Counted from the stretch's first letter, positions 39,270 through 53,090 are shown. The stretch: 64,000 bases of DNA from Octopus vulgaris (GCA_951406725.2 OX597840.1:37448001-37512000), one strand, 5' to 3'. Notes: generated by a model not told the origin, from the letters alone. Translations and numbers: made by a program.

Positions 39270-39760
39270 TTAGTTCTAAACTCTGGACTTTATGGAAAGC
39301 GTGTTTGGCAAGATTTCCCGATCTTTCTTACCATCTTTCGTAACACCAAGCATCCTTTTAAAGTCTGGGATTATTCCTGTGCCAATATTTTACGGCCTCG
39401 AATTCCCATTTCGTTTCTGATATTTCAATTTCTTTATAGCTGAATAATTTTTCAGTTTTCTTTACGGAACTATCAACGCCATTCCCTCATAAACACATCC
39501 ATTAGCGAGAACCACTTTCTGTCGTTTATAACAACCCTGGTCGATTCACACTTACCTCTTAATATTTACTTGTATTACCAAGACAATCCTGCAATTTTCT
39601 TATGCTCTACAGTCTCTTAGAAATATATATTCCAATCTTCCTGCTAGGTCCCACAACGCCTTATATGTCTGTCTTCGAGTAGGAGTTAGCAGTAAACCTG
39701 TCATAACGATATATTCGCCCAGTGTGTTACAGATTCTCTTCAAGCAGTTTTCAAAAACAA
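39270..39760 (-). mobile_element. Decayed R4/Dong-type non-LTR retrotransposon 3' end (restriction-like endonuclease region)
   Basis: Minus strand, in order: RICNTLGEYIV (zinc-knuckle-like), NRP..VINDRK..SLMDV (cf. NRPDIV..D....LIDV), KKTEKLFSYKEIEISETKW (cf. KE.EKLSKYKDLEIEI.RMW) and TLSIK, followed by TAA/TGA repeats. Confidence 0.7.
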
Positions 39761-39789
39761 TTAATTATTCGCATTTTTATTCGTAATAA

Positions 39790-39992
39790 GAATGGCAGAG
39801 TCGTTTGCACGTCGAACAAAATGTTTTGCAGCATTTAATCAATCCTTAAGTTCTGAATTCAAATTCCACGGAGGCTTGTAATGCGTTTCATCGTCTTAAG
39901 GACGAGAAATAAGAGCCAGTTCAGTACAGGGGTCAATACAATCAACTATCACCTCTCCCACAAAATTTCAGGCATAGTGCTTTGTGTAGAAA
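39790..39992 (+). mobile_element. SINE family B, degenerate
   Basis: TGGCAGAGTCGTT head, TTCTGAATTCAAATTCC, and tail AAATTTCAGGCATAGTGC. Confidence 0.75.
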
Positions 39993-40359
39993 TTATTATT
40001 ATTATTGAGTGAGAGAACTGTGCATGCCATCAAAGTGATACTGGAGTTTAAATATATGAAGCCCAATATAACTATCATGACTACCCGTCATCAGGCACAG
40101 GCATCACAACCTTACCCGCGCGACAAATTGTTCTCATATTAAGATAAACAGCGCATCATCCTTGCAGGTGGGACCCAGTTAGAATTTTCTTCAAGTCGAT
40201 TAGCACATTTCGCTCAAATAAGACCCTGTATATGAGTTTTTACGGATGTTGAATGAAACAGACGTTTCCAGCGATGAATTATTCAAACGCCAAAGAATTC
40301 CTCAAGCAATTCTGCCAGATCATCATCATCATCGTCGTCGTTATTATTATTCGTTTCAT

Positions 40360-40530
40360 GTGGCGAGCTTTCAGAATCGTTAATACGTCGGGAAAAATGT
40401 TCAGTCCCTTTTCGCCCGTTTTTACGTTCTGAGTTCAAATTCCGCCGAAGTCGATATCGCCTTTCACCTTTTCAGGGTCTATATACCATGCACCAGTTGA
40501 ACACTGCTGGCCTTGTGCCAAAGTGTGAAA
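40360..40530 (+). mobile_element. SINE family B, internally deleted
   Basis: GGCGAGCTTTCAGAATCGTT...TTACGTTCTGAGTTCAAATTCCGCCGAAGTCGA. Confidence 0.8.
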
Positions 40531-41109
40531 CCATCCTTCTTCTAATTATTATTATTATTAGTAGTAGTAGAGGTAGTAGTCGTAGTAGCAGTAATAGTAG
40601 TAGTAGTAGCATCAACAGTAGTAGCGGTGGTTGCAGCAGTAGTAGTAGTAGTAGTAGTAATATTAATATATATTTTAAAGAACAAAAATCCATTCTCTAC
40701 ATTCTAGGAAAATCTTTATTTTAACAACATGATTCCCTCATCCCACGCCAGCCCCCACCCGCTCGCCACCATCACATCACGAAAAGGAACCAAAGAAAAA
40801 GCAAACAAATTGAACACCAACTAAAATCCATTACTAAACGTCAATGGAAGAGTGAAATAGAGAGAGAGAAAGGGGTAGAGAGACAGAGAGAGACAAAGAC
40901 AGGAGCCGAAAGAGATAGAGAGAGAGAAAGAGAGTGTGAGAGAGTGATGGAAAGAGAGAAAAAGATAGAAGTTTCGAATATCAATGAGCAGGTTATCTAA
41001 GCAATAAAATTAATGCCCTCCAATCTCTGGGATATTAATATATATATATATTTTCAGTTACACGATTTAGGTTGCTACTTCAAAGAATGAGCAGCTATTG
41101 AAGAAAAAA

Positions 41110-41467
41110 GGCCAATAATAATAATAATAATAATAACAATAATAATAATAATGATAATAATGATAATAAAAATAACAATAATAATAATAATAATGATAAT
41201 AATAATAAGAAGAAGAATAACAATAATAATAACAACAATAATAATAACAACAATAATAACAACAACAATAATAATAATAATAATAATAATAATAGTAGTA
41301 GCAGTAGTAGATAATAATAATAATAAATGATAATAATATTAATAATAATAATAATAATAATAATTACAACAACAATAATAATAAATGATAATAACAATAT
41401 TATTAATAGTAATAATAAATGATAATAATAATATTAATAAGAATAACAACGAAAACAACAACCATAA

Positions 41468-41499
<32 letters not shown>

Positions 41500-41525
41500 A
41501 TAATAATAGTGATAGTAATAATGGT
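41110..41525. repeat. (AAT)n/(AAC)n/(ACT)n microsatellite
   Basis: Directly visible in the sequence. Confidence 0.95.
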
Positions 41526-41927
41526 GTAAGGTTATAATAATACGAAGGAAGAAAAGAAATATTAAGAATATAAAAATTCAACAAAAGCCACGTATTATGA
41601 AAACATTGTGTCGTGGTGTAGTTTATTTCTCTGCCACTATACTATACATAATGATCTAATGTGCGTGTGGGTGTGTTTGCGTGTGTGGGTGTGTGTGTGT
41701 ATTTCCTTTTGTTCCACATTCGTTGTATTTCTAGAATACGTCGGAAAGCCTTGTTCTTCTCATTCAGGGTATATTTTATTATATTAAACAAAACATTACG
41801 TCCGCACGTATATTATTCGCCACCGCACAGTCATCTCTCTACACATTTACAACTTTAAATATACACACGTGTGTGTGTGTTTGCGTGTGTGTCTGTGTGT
41901 CTCAGTGTGAAAGCGCGCGCCTTTATG

Positions 41928-41985
<58 letters not shown>

Positions 41986-42029
41986 AGACGAGTCTGTGTT
42001 AGTCTCTAACCTTCTTAAAATTATTTTTG

Positions 42030-42061
<32 letters not shown>

Positions 42062-43023
42062 CTTATATAAGAAGAGCCCGTGTTAGTCTCTAACCTTCTT
42101 AAAGATATTTTTTGCTCACGTTTCCTTAGTAGATCTGTATATCTAATTTTGAATACGGACTTTCGAAGCACCATTAATGTTCCAAAAGCCCTCTCGGCTC
42201 CATGGTCTAAACAATAAAACAACAGAGGTGAGGTGTTGCTGCCTTTTACATTCAGCAGCAAATGAACACGAGAATGATGCCCTGAATGGTAAAATCATCA
42301 TCGCCGCTTATAACATTGTTTAATATTTAATTCCACGTTACTTTCCTAATTTATATTATCACTGCTTGAGCTTATATTTGGATATTAATTAATATTCCAT
42401 ACCGTTTCTTTTTTTATTTTTCTGATGTTTTGTGAATTTCGGCACGGAATGGTGGTTTAATCAAGAAATTCTTTAATATCTTTTTCAGTTCGTTTGTTTC
42501 ATTAAGTTTTCTCTCATATTATTATATTAAAGTATTGCGCTTCGTTTTGAGAAATAAATTTCCTGAAGCCATTATCACCCAAACTTACTAATTAAATATA
42601 GGAATCTAAAACATGATGTATGTATTCTAACAATAAGATTTCATTTCTAAAATTCCTGCGAAGCATTCTACAGGATTCATAATCGTATATTATAAAACAA
42701 GTATTTACTCGTGTTAATTATATATAACACCCCGAAGATATCAGGTGGAAATCTCTAGAAACATCGATGATTGATTTAAGAATTCGAATGTCTCACAGAC
42801 ATTGCAACAGACCCAAATGGGAATGGAGAAAATACCCTAATAAAAAGAAAGGTAGAACAGAACACCATTGACTTCCCTACACATCACACAATTGCTACCC
42901 CCCCCCCCACACACACACACGCACCTATTGTACACAGACGCATATACACACACGCATATACATATATTTATATGTGCATATGTATGCATGCATTTATGAA
43001 TATTTATATATAAATGTATACAA

Positions 43024-43061
<38 letters not shown>

Positions 43062-44262
43062 ATCAATGTAAACAAATACGTATATATATATATTTATATA
43101 TATCAATATAAACAAATGTGTGTGTCTATATATATAAATGTGTACAAAATGTATATATATAAATGTATATATATATGTATGTATATATATATATATATAT
43201 ATAAATGTATACAAATATGTGTGTGTATATATATATATATATATATACAAATATGTATATATATATATATCATTGTATACATTTATGTGTGTGTATATGT
43301 ATATATATATATATATAAATGTATACATTTATGTGTGTATATATATATATATATGCGTGTGTGTGTGTGTATATACATACATACATATATACGAATAGAT
43401 ATGTGTGTGTGTGTGTATGTATGCATGTACCCACGCCACGGTGTTACGTTTTCCCAGCAAAATCTTTCGTGTTTCCTTTCTCTCTATGTCGTTAGGTTTA
43501 ATGCTTTTCCTGTTTTGTGGATAACTAAAGAATGTTTTATGAGATTTTCAAATATAACATTGTATTTTCGGAAAATAGAATCTTCACAAACACAGAATAG
43601 ACGAATGAACTGCTGAATTAAAAGCATAGAATATGTATTGTACACGGCGAATCAATAATATAACCTAGATATCACTAGATAAATCCCTCCAGAATATACG
43701 AAGGGAGATTTTTTTTCTCTCAAAATATGAAAATTATGTTTAACATACACCATGAAGAAAAGGGGCTTTGATAATTGGAATACACGCACGCAGACACACA
43801 CACACACACACACACACACATAAACACACACATAAACATACACACACACACACGCACGCACGCACGTATTAACACAGCCATGAAAAAATAAATGATAAAT
43901 AAATAATGGACATCCTTTTGAGATAATGTATTGAACTGTTTGCGTTTACGATGAAAAAAGGATTTTCTGATAACATTTGTTTTTGAAAATAACCTTCAAC
44001 GTAGGAGTTGTGTGGTTGTGGATCAACTTGCTAGAAATAGCAACAAAATATCCTCAAACCTGTTTACAGAACAGTGGGACTCTATGAGGAAGCTAGATTT
44101 ACATTTACAAAATAAATAAATAAACGATGAGGATTGTGTTATCAATCAGGGTGCATCTAGAGCAAGGGGGCAGCTGCAGCAACAACAACATCTAATATTG
44201 TATAAATTCCTGAAAGCATAGAATTGGAATCGAATGGGATCTTATATCAAAAACCTTAGCAA

Positions 44263-45146
44263 TACGAGGCCTGATCAATAAGTATCCGTTCTGTTGCCAT
44301 AGTAACAAAGCTGGGGCATGCAGAATGAAGCACCTTAGCAAAGATTGAACTTGATCTCTATTGAGCATGCTCAGGAAGTTTTAACGTTCCAGCTCGCTTC
44401 AGCTGTTTACAGCAGTGCTTGGGAAAATCGTGTATAGCGTGTGATTGTTGCATTGACCATGACAACGAAAGTTGTCATGGCTATACCTGCTCAGAGACCT
44501 ATGCAGAGTTGCAGAAGGTCTATGGCGAGGAGTTTATGAGATGCACACAAGTGTAAGAGTGGTTCAGATGTTTCCACCATTGCCGAAAAATCTCGACAGT
44601 GACGAACGTTCTGGGAGACCCGCAACCAGCAGAACTGCGAAAAACACCGCAGATGTGCTTGCAGCTGTGAGTGGAAATGGTCGAATCACCATCCGTGAGA
44701 GTTATCAGAGAATGTGCAGATTAGTTACGGTTCTGTTCAGTCCATTATCACTGAAGATTTGGGTATGAGACGCGTGCCTACTAAGTTTCGCCCAAACTGT
44801 TTTCAGCTGACCAGAAAGATGCACGGATTTAAGTTGATTGTGTCAAGAACGATAAAAACTATTTGAAAACTCTGCGTAGACTTGTGAGCAGCTATTGCCA
44901 AGCTTTTGGGAAAATTCAGTGCAAGCTCTGTGCTCAATTTTCTCTGTCATGGTCAATGCGCCGATCACATGCTACACACCTTCCTTCCAAGTACTGCTGA
45001 AAACAGCAGAAGTGAGTTAGCATGTTAAAACTTAGTCCAGAGACACAGCATTGGTAAAAGTCCGTCTGTACCAACCGGCTTTACTCTGCATGTTTTAGCT
45101 TCGTTACTATAGCAACAGTCTAGTTACTTATTGATCAGACTAAGTA
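44263..45146 (+). mobile_element. Non-autonomous mariner element with long inverted termini and an N-terminal transposase pseudogene
   Basis: TA-flanked ends TACGAGGCCTGATCAATAAGTA and TACTTATTGATCAGACTAAGTA, with more than 200 bp of imperfect inverted repeat. The interior translates, with frameshifts, to TCSETYAELQKVYGEE..EWF..DERSGRPATSRT..RITIRE..SYGSVQSIITEDLGMRRV, a mariner HTH region. Confidence 0.9.
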
Positions 45147-45238
45147 TATTTGTGAAAACGAATCCTTTTCGTAGTAATGTGCTCATTTTGACAAATGCAT
45201 TGTGAATGGCATCTCTTCCATATAAGGACGCGCATATG

Positions 45239-45270
<32 letters not shown>

Positions 45271-45582
45271 GGTTTTCATATACATCGATGCTAAACTGTG
45301 GTCTACGCCATTTTAAACGAGTTGGCAGCAGAATTTGTTGACCGAAGATTAACGCGGATCCGTCACGAATTTGTACGGTATTTGTATTGAATAAACAACT
45401 CGCTCGTCACCAATAATTTATAGAGAACTCGTCTTTCCAACTACAGGGAAGTGTGGACATTATATATGCGTGTGTCTGTGTGTTTATGCAGGTATATGTA
45501 TATATGTGTGTGTGTGTGAAACTCTTTCTTCCCATCTCTATGGAAGTGTAGACATCATGTATATGTCTGTGTGTTTATGTAG

Positions 45583-45627
<45 letters not shown>

Positions 45628-47229
45628 CATATACATACATATTATGTGTGTGTATGCTTGCGAGTGTGTGTATACGTGTGTCTGTCTGTATGTACGTATC
45701 TGTGTATCTCTGCGTGTTTGTGTGTATGTGTGTATCTTCTGTGGAGTATGGGAACCAATACGCTGGAATTATTAATATGGTTTTGCATGTAGTCTCAACT
45801 GTTTCAGCTGAGTTGTCTCCTCTTCTGTAAATGCCTGCTTTCCATTTCTGTAACCGCCGAGGACGATGAAACAAACGTAAACGAGTTAACAGCAAAATAT
45901 GTTCGACAAAATATCTTTTGGCTGGTTTGACATTGCATGGCCACGTTTGAAGGAGGAGAGGACTGAGACAGAAAGACAAAAAAAAAAAAAAAAAACGAAT
46001 AAATATTTTATAAAACTAATTTTTCTGAAAGACACAGCTAGAACGACAGAACTTTTTTCAGAGATACTTTACTTCCATATTTTTTTCTTCTCTTGCTAAA
46101 TATTGCTGAATCTAGTTGTCAATATGTGCAGCAGGTGTTGGAAATGGTTTGAAGATTCGAAGGAAGTTTCGAAAATCTATAAACTCTCAAGATATTACAC
46201 TTTGACATTTATTTCAATCGATAATGAAGCTAAAAGAACTAATAGGCGAAGTTTATACAGAATCTTGGTCTCACTTCGAAACAAAACATTTCTATAATTT
46301 ATATTTTTGAAATTATTTTTGTCAATGTTTCATGGCGTTGAAAACACTTCAGTGCAAGGTCTGACAGTTCGAACGTGTTTCTTCATAAATTTCTTTGATA
46401 AAATTAAAACGACAAAATCAGCAACAACTGTGAAATCTCACTGAAAATGAAAATTTTCCATCTTACAAAATCAAGAACATATTTGATAAAATATTCGTCA
46501 TTAAAGCTGGATGGCCATGTTTGACTTATGTCACTTCAATCTAAGCTATAAATTGAAATAAAAGAAAAACCTAAATGCTTGCTCTGTTGCAACGTGAGTG
46601 TAATCGAGTAAAAATCTCGGTTTTGGATTATCGTCTTAATCCAACATGTCTACTTAATCCAACATGTTTGTTAATAAAGTTTCCAATATCAACTGAAACT
46701 TCTTGTGTTGAATTGATAATATTTGGTCTAACGACAGCTATGATCGAGCCATTTCAGGAACAAAGAGAAGCCATCCGTGACCATCTCTCAAATTTGACAG
46801 GGATATTATATCATTGCAATTTTTGTGACCTACGCTGATATACTAAAATACTGGCCTGCTATTTCTAGCAGGTCCAGTACTCACTGAAGCTGTTTCGTTA
46901 CATGCTTTGGTCTCTCAGATCGACGCTGATATAAAGAATTTATTGTAATTTTGGCTTCTATTATCACTCATCCGATGACATGTAATAAAAGGAATATGAT
47001 TGAAAGATAGTTCAGCCACTGCGGCTTCGAAACCGGTGTTGGTTTGTTTATTCCCACCACCACCAATAAATTAGCAGTTCAGCAAAATAGTCGAAACGAA
47101 ATAATATGTAAGAATCACAATAACAAATAAGAACTGAAGTCGATTTGTTGGAAGAAAAGTTTCAACGCGGTGCCCAAGCATGGCCGCACTCCAATAATTG
47201 GAACGCTGTAACAACTGGGAACTGATGCG

Positions 47230-47363
47230 ACCTACTGGTAGTGTAACAATTTTCGGGCATGCGCAGGAAGGATGACGTTACTTACCACCAGAGGGACTGT
47301 GTCCACGTGGCATTGATTTTGGTGGGAAAAACAAAATCCGATGCTTTTTGAACCCACCTCGTA
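47230..47363 (-). mobile_element. Solo mariner-type terminus
   Basis: The reverse complement starts TACGAGGTGGGTTCAAAAAG, a TA-CGAGG start like that of the 44263 element. Confidence 0.5.
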
Positions 47364-48260
47364 AAAAATAAAAGATAAGTAAATTCTAGATCTGCCATTA
47401 TCTGGTGCTGCCAATCGTTGCAAAAATATGTCCATAACACCACGTGTAATGCGACAGAGTTATGAAAGGAGAGAAATCCTATACGATTATAAATACCTGT
47501 CTTTGAGGAACGAGGAGGGACGGAAACGCAACGCCATAGTTATTCTTTTCCCTGGGTGCACATTTAATACGATGATGAAAATAACGAATTACCTTATGTC
47601 CGGTTTATAAAACAGATGGATATAAAAACTATTAAAAAATCTGGAAATGACAGTTCGAGGAGATACGCAAGCAATTTTAAATTGTATTTCATTAAAAATA
47701 TATTAAGTTCCTCTTATTGGGAAAAAAAAAGAATGATTTATTTCGTCAGCGAGTCAGTGTTGCAATTGGTTAACTGTTCAGGAAATCTGATTTCCGGTTT
47801 AATTGTTGATTATTCTAACTTCCGTTAGTTTCGATAGATTCGTTGTAATCGTATTCATTAGTCGATTGAACTCTTTGTTATTCTTTTTTTAATTTTTATT
47901 ACTATGTCATTAAGCTGATGGCTAAAAATCTCAACTCGCTTAACACCTTCGACATATTCACACACACTAATGTGATCTAAATAGCGTCAGCCATTTTCTA
48001 TAGAGCAACATCGTGAATATAAAGTCTTCACAGAGTGGAAGGAGTTACTTTTGCCTTAAGGAATGAAGAAATGAAAGGCTTCGAGTAGGGACCGTTCAAT
48101 TGAAGGGAGAGATATAAATAATTCCTATTCAATTACCGCTGAAGTGAGACTTTGACAGTGAAGAAAACTTTTATTTTTTAAGATGTTTGAGTATGAGCAT
48201 GCGCAGCATAGGCCCTCTCCTCTCTCTTTCTCTCTCTCATATATCAATCATACACGTACA

Positions 48261-48308
<48 letters not shown>

Positions 48309-48783
48309 TATTTGTATATATTTATTTACACACACAGGTATGTATAAAATGAGATGAAACAAACAAGAGAAATATACCTCAATCCATCTATCTGTAGCTT
48401 CTTCTGTTCATTATCTCGCAATATAACTCTCCCCATATCTCTCGCTCACTCGCCCACACACACACTCTCTCTCTCTGTGTTCCTGCCACTATCTGTGACG
48501 CTTGACGTCTTATTGTCCACTGAGCAACAACCGTCTTTAGAAACACACACCGAAACATCCACGCAGAAAGCAGAATATAAACAAAAACTCCGGCCCTCAT
48601 CAACCTTCGCATCCAACCTCCGGGGGTTGGGCCTGCTTGTCTGCAATCGAACTCGATGGGCTTCAACAAGCTTCCAACCGACAGGATCACCCATCCCCAT
48701 GAAGTGAAGCTAAAAAGATATATGTTTTTATGTGTGTGTGTATTATATATATATATATATGCGTGTGTGTGTGTGTTTGTTCG

Positions 48784-48823
<40 letters not shown>

Positions 48824-48845
48824 TGAATATACAGAAATGCAATAA

Positions 48846-49040
48846 TGGTTTCAAATTTTGGTACAATGCCAGCAATTTCAGAAAAGTGGTTAAGACGGTT
48901 GTATCCTTCCAATACTCAAGCAGTACTTATTTTCTCAACCCTGAAAGGATAAAAGTCAAAACCGACCTCGGTGGAATTCGAACCATGAACATACAGACGT
49001 ACGAAATGACGCTAAGCATTTGTGCCCGGTTTGCTAACGA
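48846..49040 (-). mobile_element. SINE family B
   Basis: GAAAGGATAAAAGTCAAAACCGACCTCGGTGGAATTCGAAC...GCTAACGATTCTACCAAC on +. Confidence 0.8.
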
Positions 49041-49114
49041 TTCTACCAACACAGCGCCTTTGCTGAGTTACAAAATTAAGTTGCAGAAAACAGACTACAG
49101 CAACTGTTCCATAA

Positions 49115-49205
49115 TTAAATCCTTCTTGGTCTATATTAATGACCACCACCCGTGGTGCGTTCCAAATTTCCCTTATGGTGAATACAAGTATGTATAAAAA
49201 ATCTC
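49115..49205 (+). mobile_element. Short LINE RT fragment
   Basis: Translates to SFLVYIND (RT motif FL.YIND), followed by a possibly decayed YADD-like region. Confidence 0.4.
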
Positions 49206-49596
49206 ATTTACAGAAGAACGTATGGCTCTCCATAACTAAATCCTCACTTTTTAATGGAAACACCTATCGTGGAATTATCCACCGAATCGCACCTATGTCT
49301 TTGTTTACTGTTTCTGGGATGAGCTGTAGTATCAGCTATATGGTCACGGCTGGTAGGTATCTCATCGTGTCTTTATTCAACGGGAATACACATTGACGTA
49401 ATCAATAACAACAACAACAACAACAGCGATAAGAGCAACGGCAACAAAAATGATAAGAATAGGGACAGCGAAACAAATGGTGGCATTTGTAGGTGGTATC
49501 TTTAGCTACTAGAAATAACAGCTGAAACACTTGGAAACACGCCTTATCGCCATAGAACAAGAAAGGCAAACATCACCCACTTGATGATTTTGATAT

Positions 49597-49962
49597 ACGG
49601 CGAGCTGGCAGAAACGTCAGCACGCCGGCTGTTGTGAGTTCAAATTCCGCCGAGCTCGACTTTGCCTTTCATCATTTCGGGGTCGATAAATTAAGTACCA
49701 GTAACGCACTGGGGTCGATGTAATCGATTTAATCCGTTTGTCTGTCCTTGTTTCTCCACTCTATGTTTAGCCCCTTGTGGGTAGTAAAGAAATAGGTATT
49801 TCGCCCGTTGCAACGTTCTAAGTTCAAATTTCGCCGAGGTCGACTTTGCCTGTCATCCTTTCGGGGTCGCTGAAATAAGCACCAGTTATGCACTGAGGTC
49901 GATGTAATCGACTATTCCCCTCCCCCATTTATCAGGCTTTGTGCCTATAGTAGAACGGATAT
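49597..49962 (+). mobile_element. SINE family B, dimeric form
   Basis: Two cores joined by TTTAGCCCCTTGTGGGTAGTAAAGAAATAGGTATTTC, as in 5898-6269. Confidence 0.9.
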
Positions 49963-50489
49963 ACATATTTTAGTTAAGAACAAATTCTTCGTACTCAGAG
50001 CGTGAATGGCCTCGGTCATAAAGATAACTGTTTGATCTTCAATGCCTTCTGGTTAAATAGCAAGAACGACAATAACAACAGCAGCAACAACTAATGTTTC
50101 GAGTTTATGCGTCACATAAACAAAACCAAGAATTAATTCCAGATTCAATGACGTTCTGAGGAAGAAGTGTGGAATATGAGGCGTGCACAAAAGATTTTTT
50201 GAAAATATAATCTATGAAATCGTGAAATAAAGATTTTATCACGTTTTAGTTTTAGAAAGAAAACAGAAATGAAAGAAAGAAAATTTCTTTCTTTGACATC
50301 ATCATAGAAAGAAAACTATACACTTAGCAAAACGTAGCTTGCATTTGTGCATATGTGTATATATGTCTATATATGTGTATAGATATATACGTACATAGAC
50401 ACACACAAACGCTGCAATACATAATTATATACAACTATCCATAAATCTACACATACACACACATACTCTCACACTTATGTTCAAGAATA

Positions 50490-50555
<66 letters not shown>

Positions 50556-50959
50556 TGTATGTATGTATGTATGTATGTATGTATGTATGTATGTATGTAT
50601 GTATGTATGTATGTATGTATGTATGTAGGTATGTGTGTATGTGTTTCGAAATGTTCGTGCGTCTGAGAGTGATGTAGATCGGTGTGTAGGTCTGAATGGA
50701 TATACGTAATAACAACATTATCACGTTGAACTTGGGGAAAGAAAAACCACAAATAGAAGCAGCATAAATAATGTTAACGTCAGAATGTCGGAGGCTTTAG
50801 TATAATTGACAGAAAGGGAGGATAGAGCAGAAATCTTCAAAAAAGATGGATGCCATGCATTCCTAGGAATTTACACACACACAAACACCTATATATATAT
50901 ATATATATATACATATATTCTGTTTATCTATATGTATACTATATACTAATAAATATATC

Positions 50960-50993
<34 letters not shown>

Positions 50994-51096
50994 ATATATA
51001 AATATAAAAGTATATATACATGCATATGGACATATATATATATACATATATATGTATGATTTTTTATATATACACATACATATATTTATATGTATG

Positions 51097-51127
<31 letters not shown>

Positions 51128-51275
51128 GTTTATTCTGTTTATCTGTACGTATATTATATACCTCTCTATATATCTTTGTATATGCGTGTGTATTTGTATG
51201 TATATATATATATAAACACACGCGTGCACATATATATGTATGTATTTGTATATACAATATCTCTCTCTCCCTCAC

Positions 51276-51322
<47 letters not shown>

Positions 51323-52009
51323 GAAAAATAGATTGAGATATATGTGATATATACTCACACAAACACACTTCCATACGTATAACGGAAATGGAAAAACCGC
51401 TTACCAATCAATATGAAGTATGCTTTCTTAATGATTAACAAAGAGTAACGTTTTGTTTTTCATCCAAGCTCATGGTTTGTCGCTTGTCCTAAACCCGTTG
51501 CTTCTCAGTTGTAATTAGTGCAAATTGAAGGCAAAAGTCATTATGTACAGACATGAATCTTTATAGCACTAATAGAGCACCAATGTTTATTGCATGATTG
51601 AGAATCTTCTGTTGTTTCAAGAAGCGACAGAGCATTCATTATTAGCTCGGTTTCTCCATATAAATTCGTGTGACGACGCCATGATGATCAAGCAATTTTT
51701 CCTCGAATTTTCATATGAATATTATGTTTCTCAGATCAGCGTGAAAGTATAGATTCTGTCTTGTGACAAAGCACTTTCGTTTCCTTTTCTATAACTCAAG
51801 CTAAAACTGTATTTCATAATTAACCTTTATCACCGATTTTTATCATAAAAACGAATTCAGTTATAAGTCTTCTCATCTGACACTTGTAAATACATTGAAG
51901 CAAGAAGATATTTCTTTTACATTTGTCCTAAAATATATTAAGATAATAAATGATGTTCAGAACTAGTTTTAGCACGCTAACAAACGCGTGTATGTATGTA
52001 TATGTGTTT

Positions 52010-52095
52010 GGCAGTGTAATGGCCTAGTGGACTCGCGGCCATAGGATCGCAGTTTCGATTCCCAAACCGGGCGTTGTGAGTGTTTATTGAGCAAG
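52010..52095 (+). mobile_element. SINE family A head only
   Basis: CATAGGATCGCAGTTTCGATTCCCAAACCGGGCGTTGTGAGTGTTTATTGAGC is nearly identical to 1027-1079. Confidence 0.85.
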
Positions 52096-52769
52096 AACAC
52101 AAGCAGGGACGGTCATGTATACACATATATGTAGAAACATAATAAATAGGGTAATAAGAAATTATTATCACCAGTGGCCTAGCACAAAAGACGAATTAGT
52201 CATTAGACTATATGTTATTCATATAGAAATACAATAAGAGGCTTTCAAATAGGAAACCGTTGTGCTAGAAAGAGCAGTAGAAATCTCGAGATGGTAAACG
52301 TTTTTAATTTTCAATCCTTTCGAGAATTTATCCTTTTTTGTGGTTTTTGAGATTTCTACTGCTCATATATGTACAAATATATAAGTGTGAGTGTGTATAT
52401 AGGTCTGCATTTGTTTATATTTCATATGCGATAGATCGATAAAGGAATGTCGAGAATATAAGTAAAGCGTTGAAACCTTAAAGCTTAAAACATAAAAATC
52501 GTGTATTCGATCGGGTTCCATAAAACTCATGAGGGACTTTCCCTTAGGTTGATCGCAATTGCAATGCTGAACAATGGCGTCGCTAGGGTTCATTGTGGGG
52601 GTCACATAGGTGACGATCCGCATCGGACAAAGTGTTTAGGGATGCGGCATTTTTGAGTCTGCTGCGTAAATATGTATGGGAGTAAGGGAAAACAGCTTGG
52701 TGGTGACGCAATAGCTGTATCGGGCGGCACACACTCTAAATAACCCTAAAATGGTAAAACCTGTGAAAA

Positions 52770-52864
52770 GTTCTTCCCTTCTTTCCTGAGCGTCCAATAA
52801 TACTTTATTTGTTCCACGTCATCGCGTTGTTGTGTTTTTTTTTGCGTTTTCTTGTTTGGAATAA

Positions 52865-52868
<4 letters not shown>
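52770..52868 (+). mobile_element. 3' part of the (TA)n-associated element seen at 12931-13140
   Basis: TGAGCGTCCAATAATACT.TATTTGTTCCACGTC...TTCTTGTTTGGA, followed by (TA)n. Confidence 0.85.
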
Positions 52869-52906
<38 letters not shown>

Positions 52907-52909
<3 letters not shown>

Positions 52910-53090
52910 TGCAGGAGTAGCTGTGTGGTAAGTAGCTTGCTTACCAACCACATGGTTCTGGGTTCAGTCCCACTGAAAAAGAGCCCGATAAAATAAGTAC
53001 TAGGCTTACGAAGAATAAGTCCTGCGGTCGCTTTTCCGACTAAAGGTGGTGCTTGAGCATGGCCGCTGTCAAGTACAAGGATAAAAGAAT
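52907..53090 (+). mobile_element. SINE family C with the middle deleted
   Basis: The head GGAGTAGCTGTGTGGTAAGTAGCTTGC..GGTTCAGTCCCACTG is fused directly to the tail AAAAGAG.CCGATA.AATAAGTACTAGGC. Confidence 0.9.

Noticed and set aside
40005-40310. Complex segment after (ATT)n that looks like a dispersed repeat
   Set aside because: It is single-copy in the window with no diagnostic motif, so it cannot be classified from sequence alone.
46849-46879. TACTGGCCTGC resembling the miR-193 5' end within a small hairpin
   Set aside because: Only the 5' half matches, the hairpin is too short for a pre-miRNA, and it overlaps the family D motif.
47285-47298. CTCF-like CCACCAGAGGG
   Set aside because: It is a partial match inside a transposon end, with no independent support.
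48446-48710. Unique GC-richer island with open frames on both strands
   Set aside because: No recognisable domain or clear donor site; it cannot be distinguished from an unclassified TE fragment.
52572-52750. Possible MITE beginning CAATGGCGTCGCTAGGGT
   Set aside because: No convincing matching right terminus or TSD could be read.
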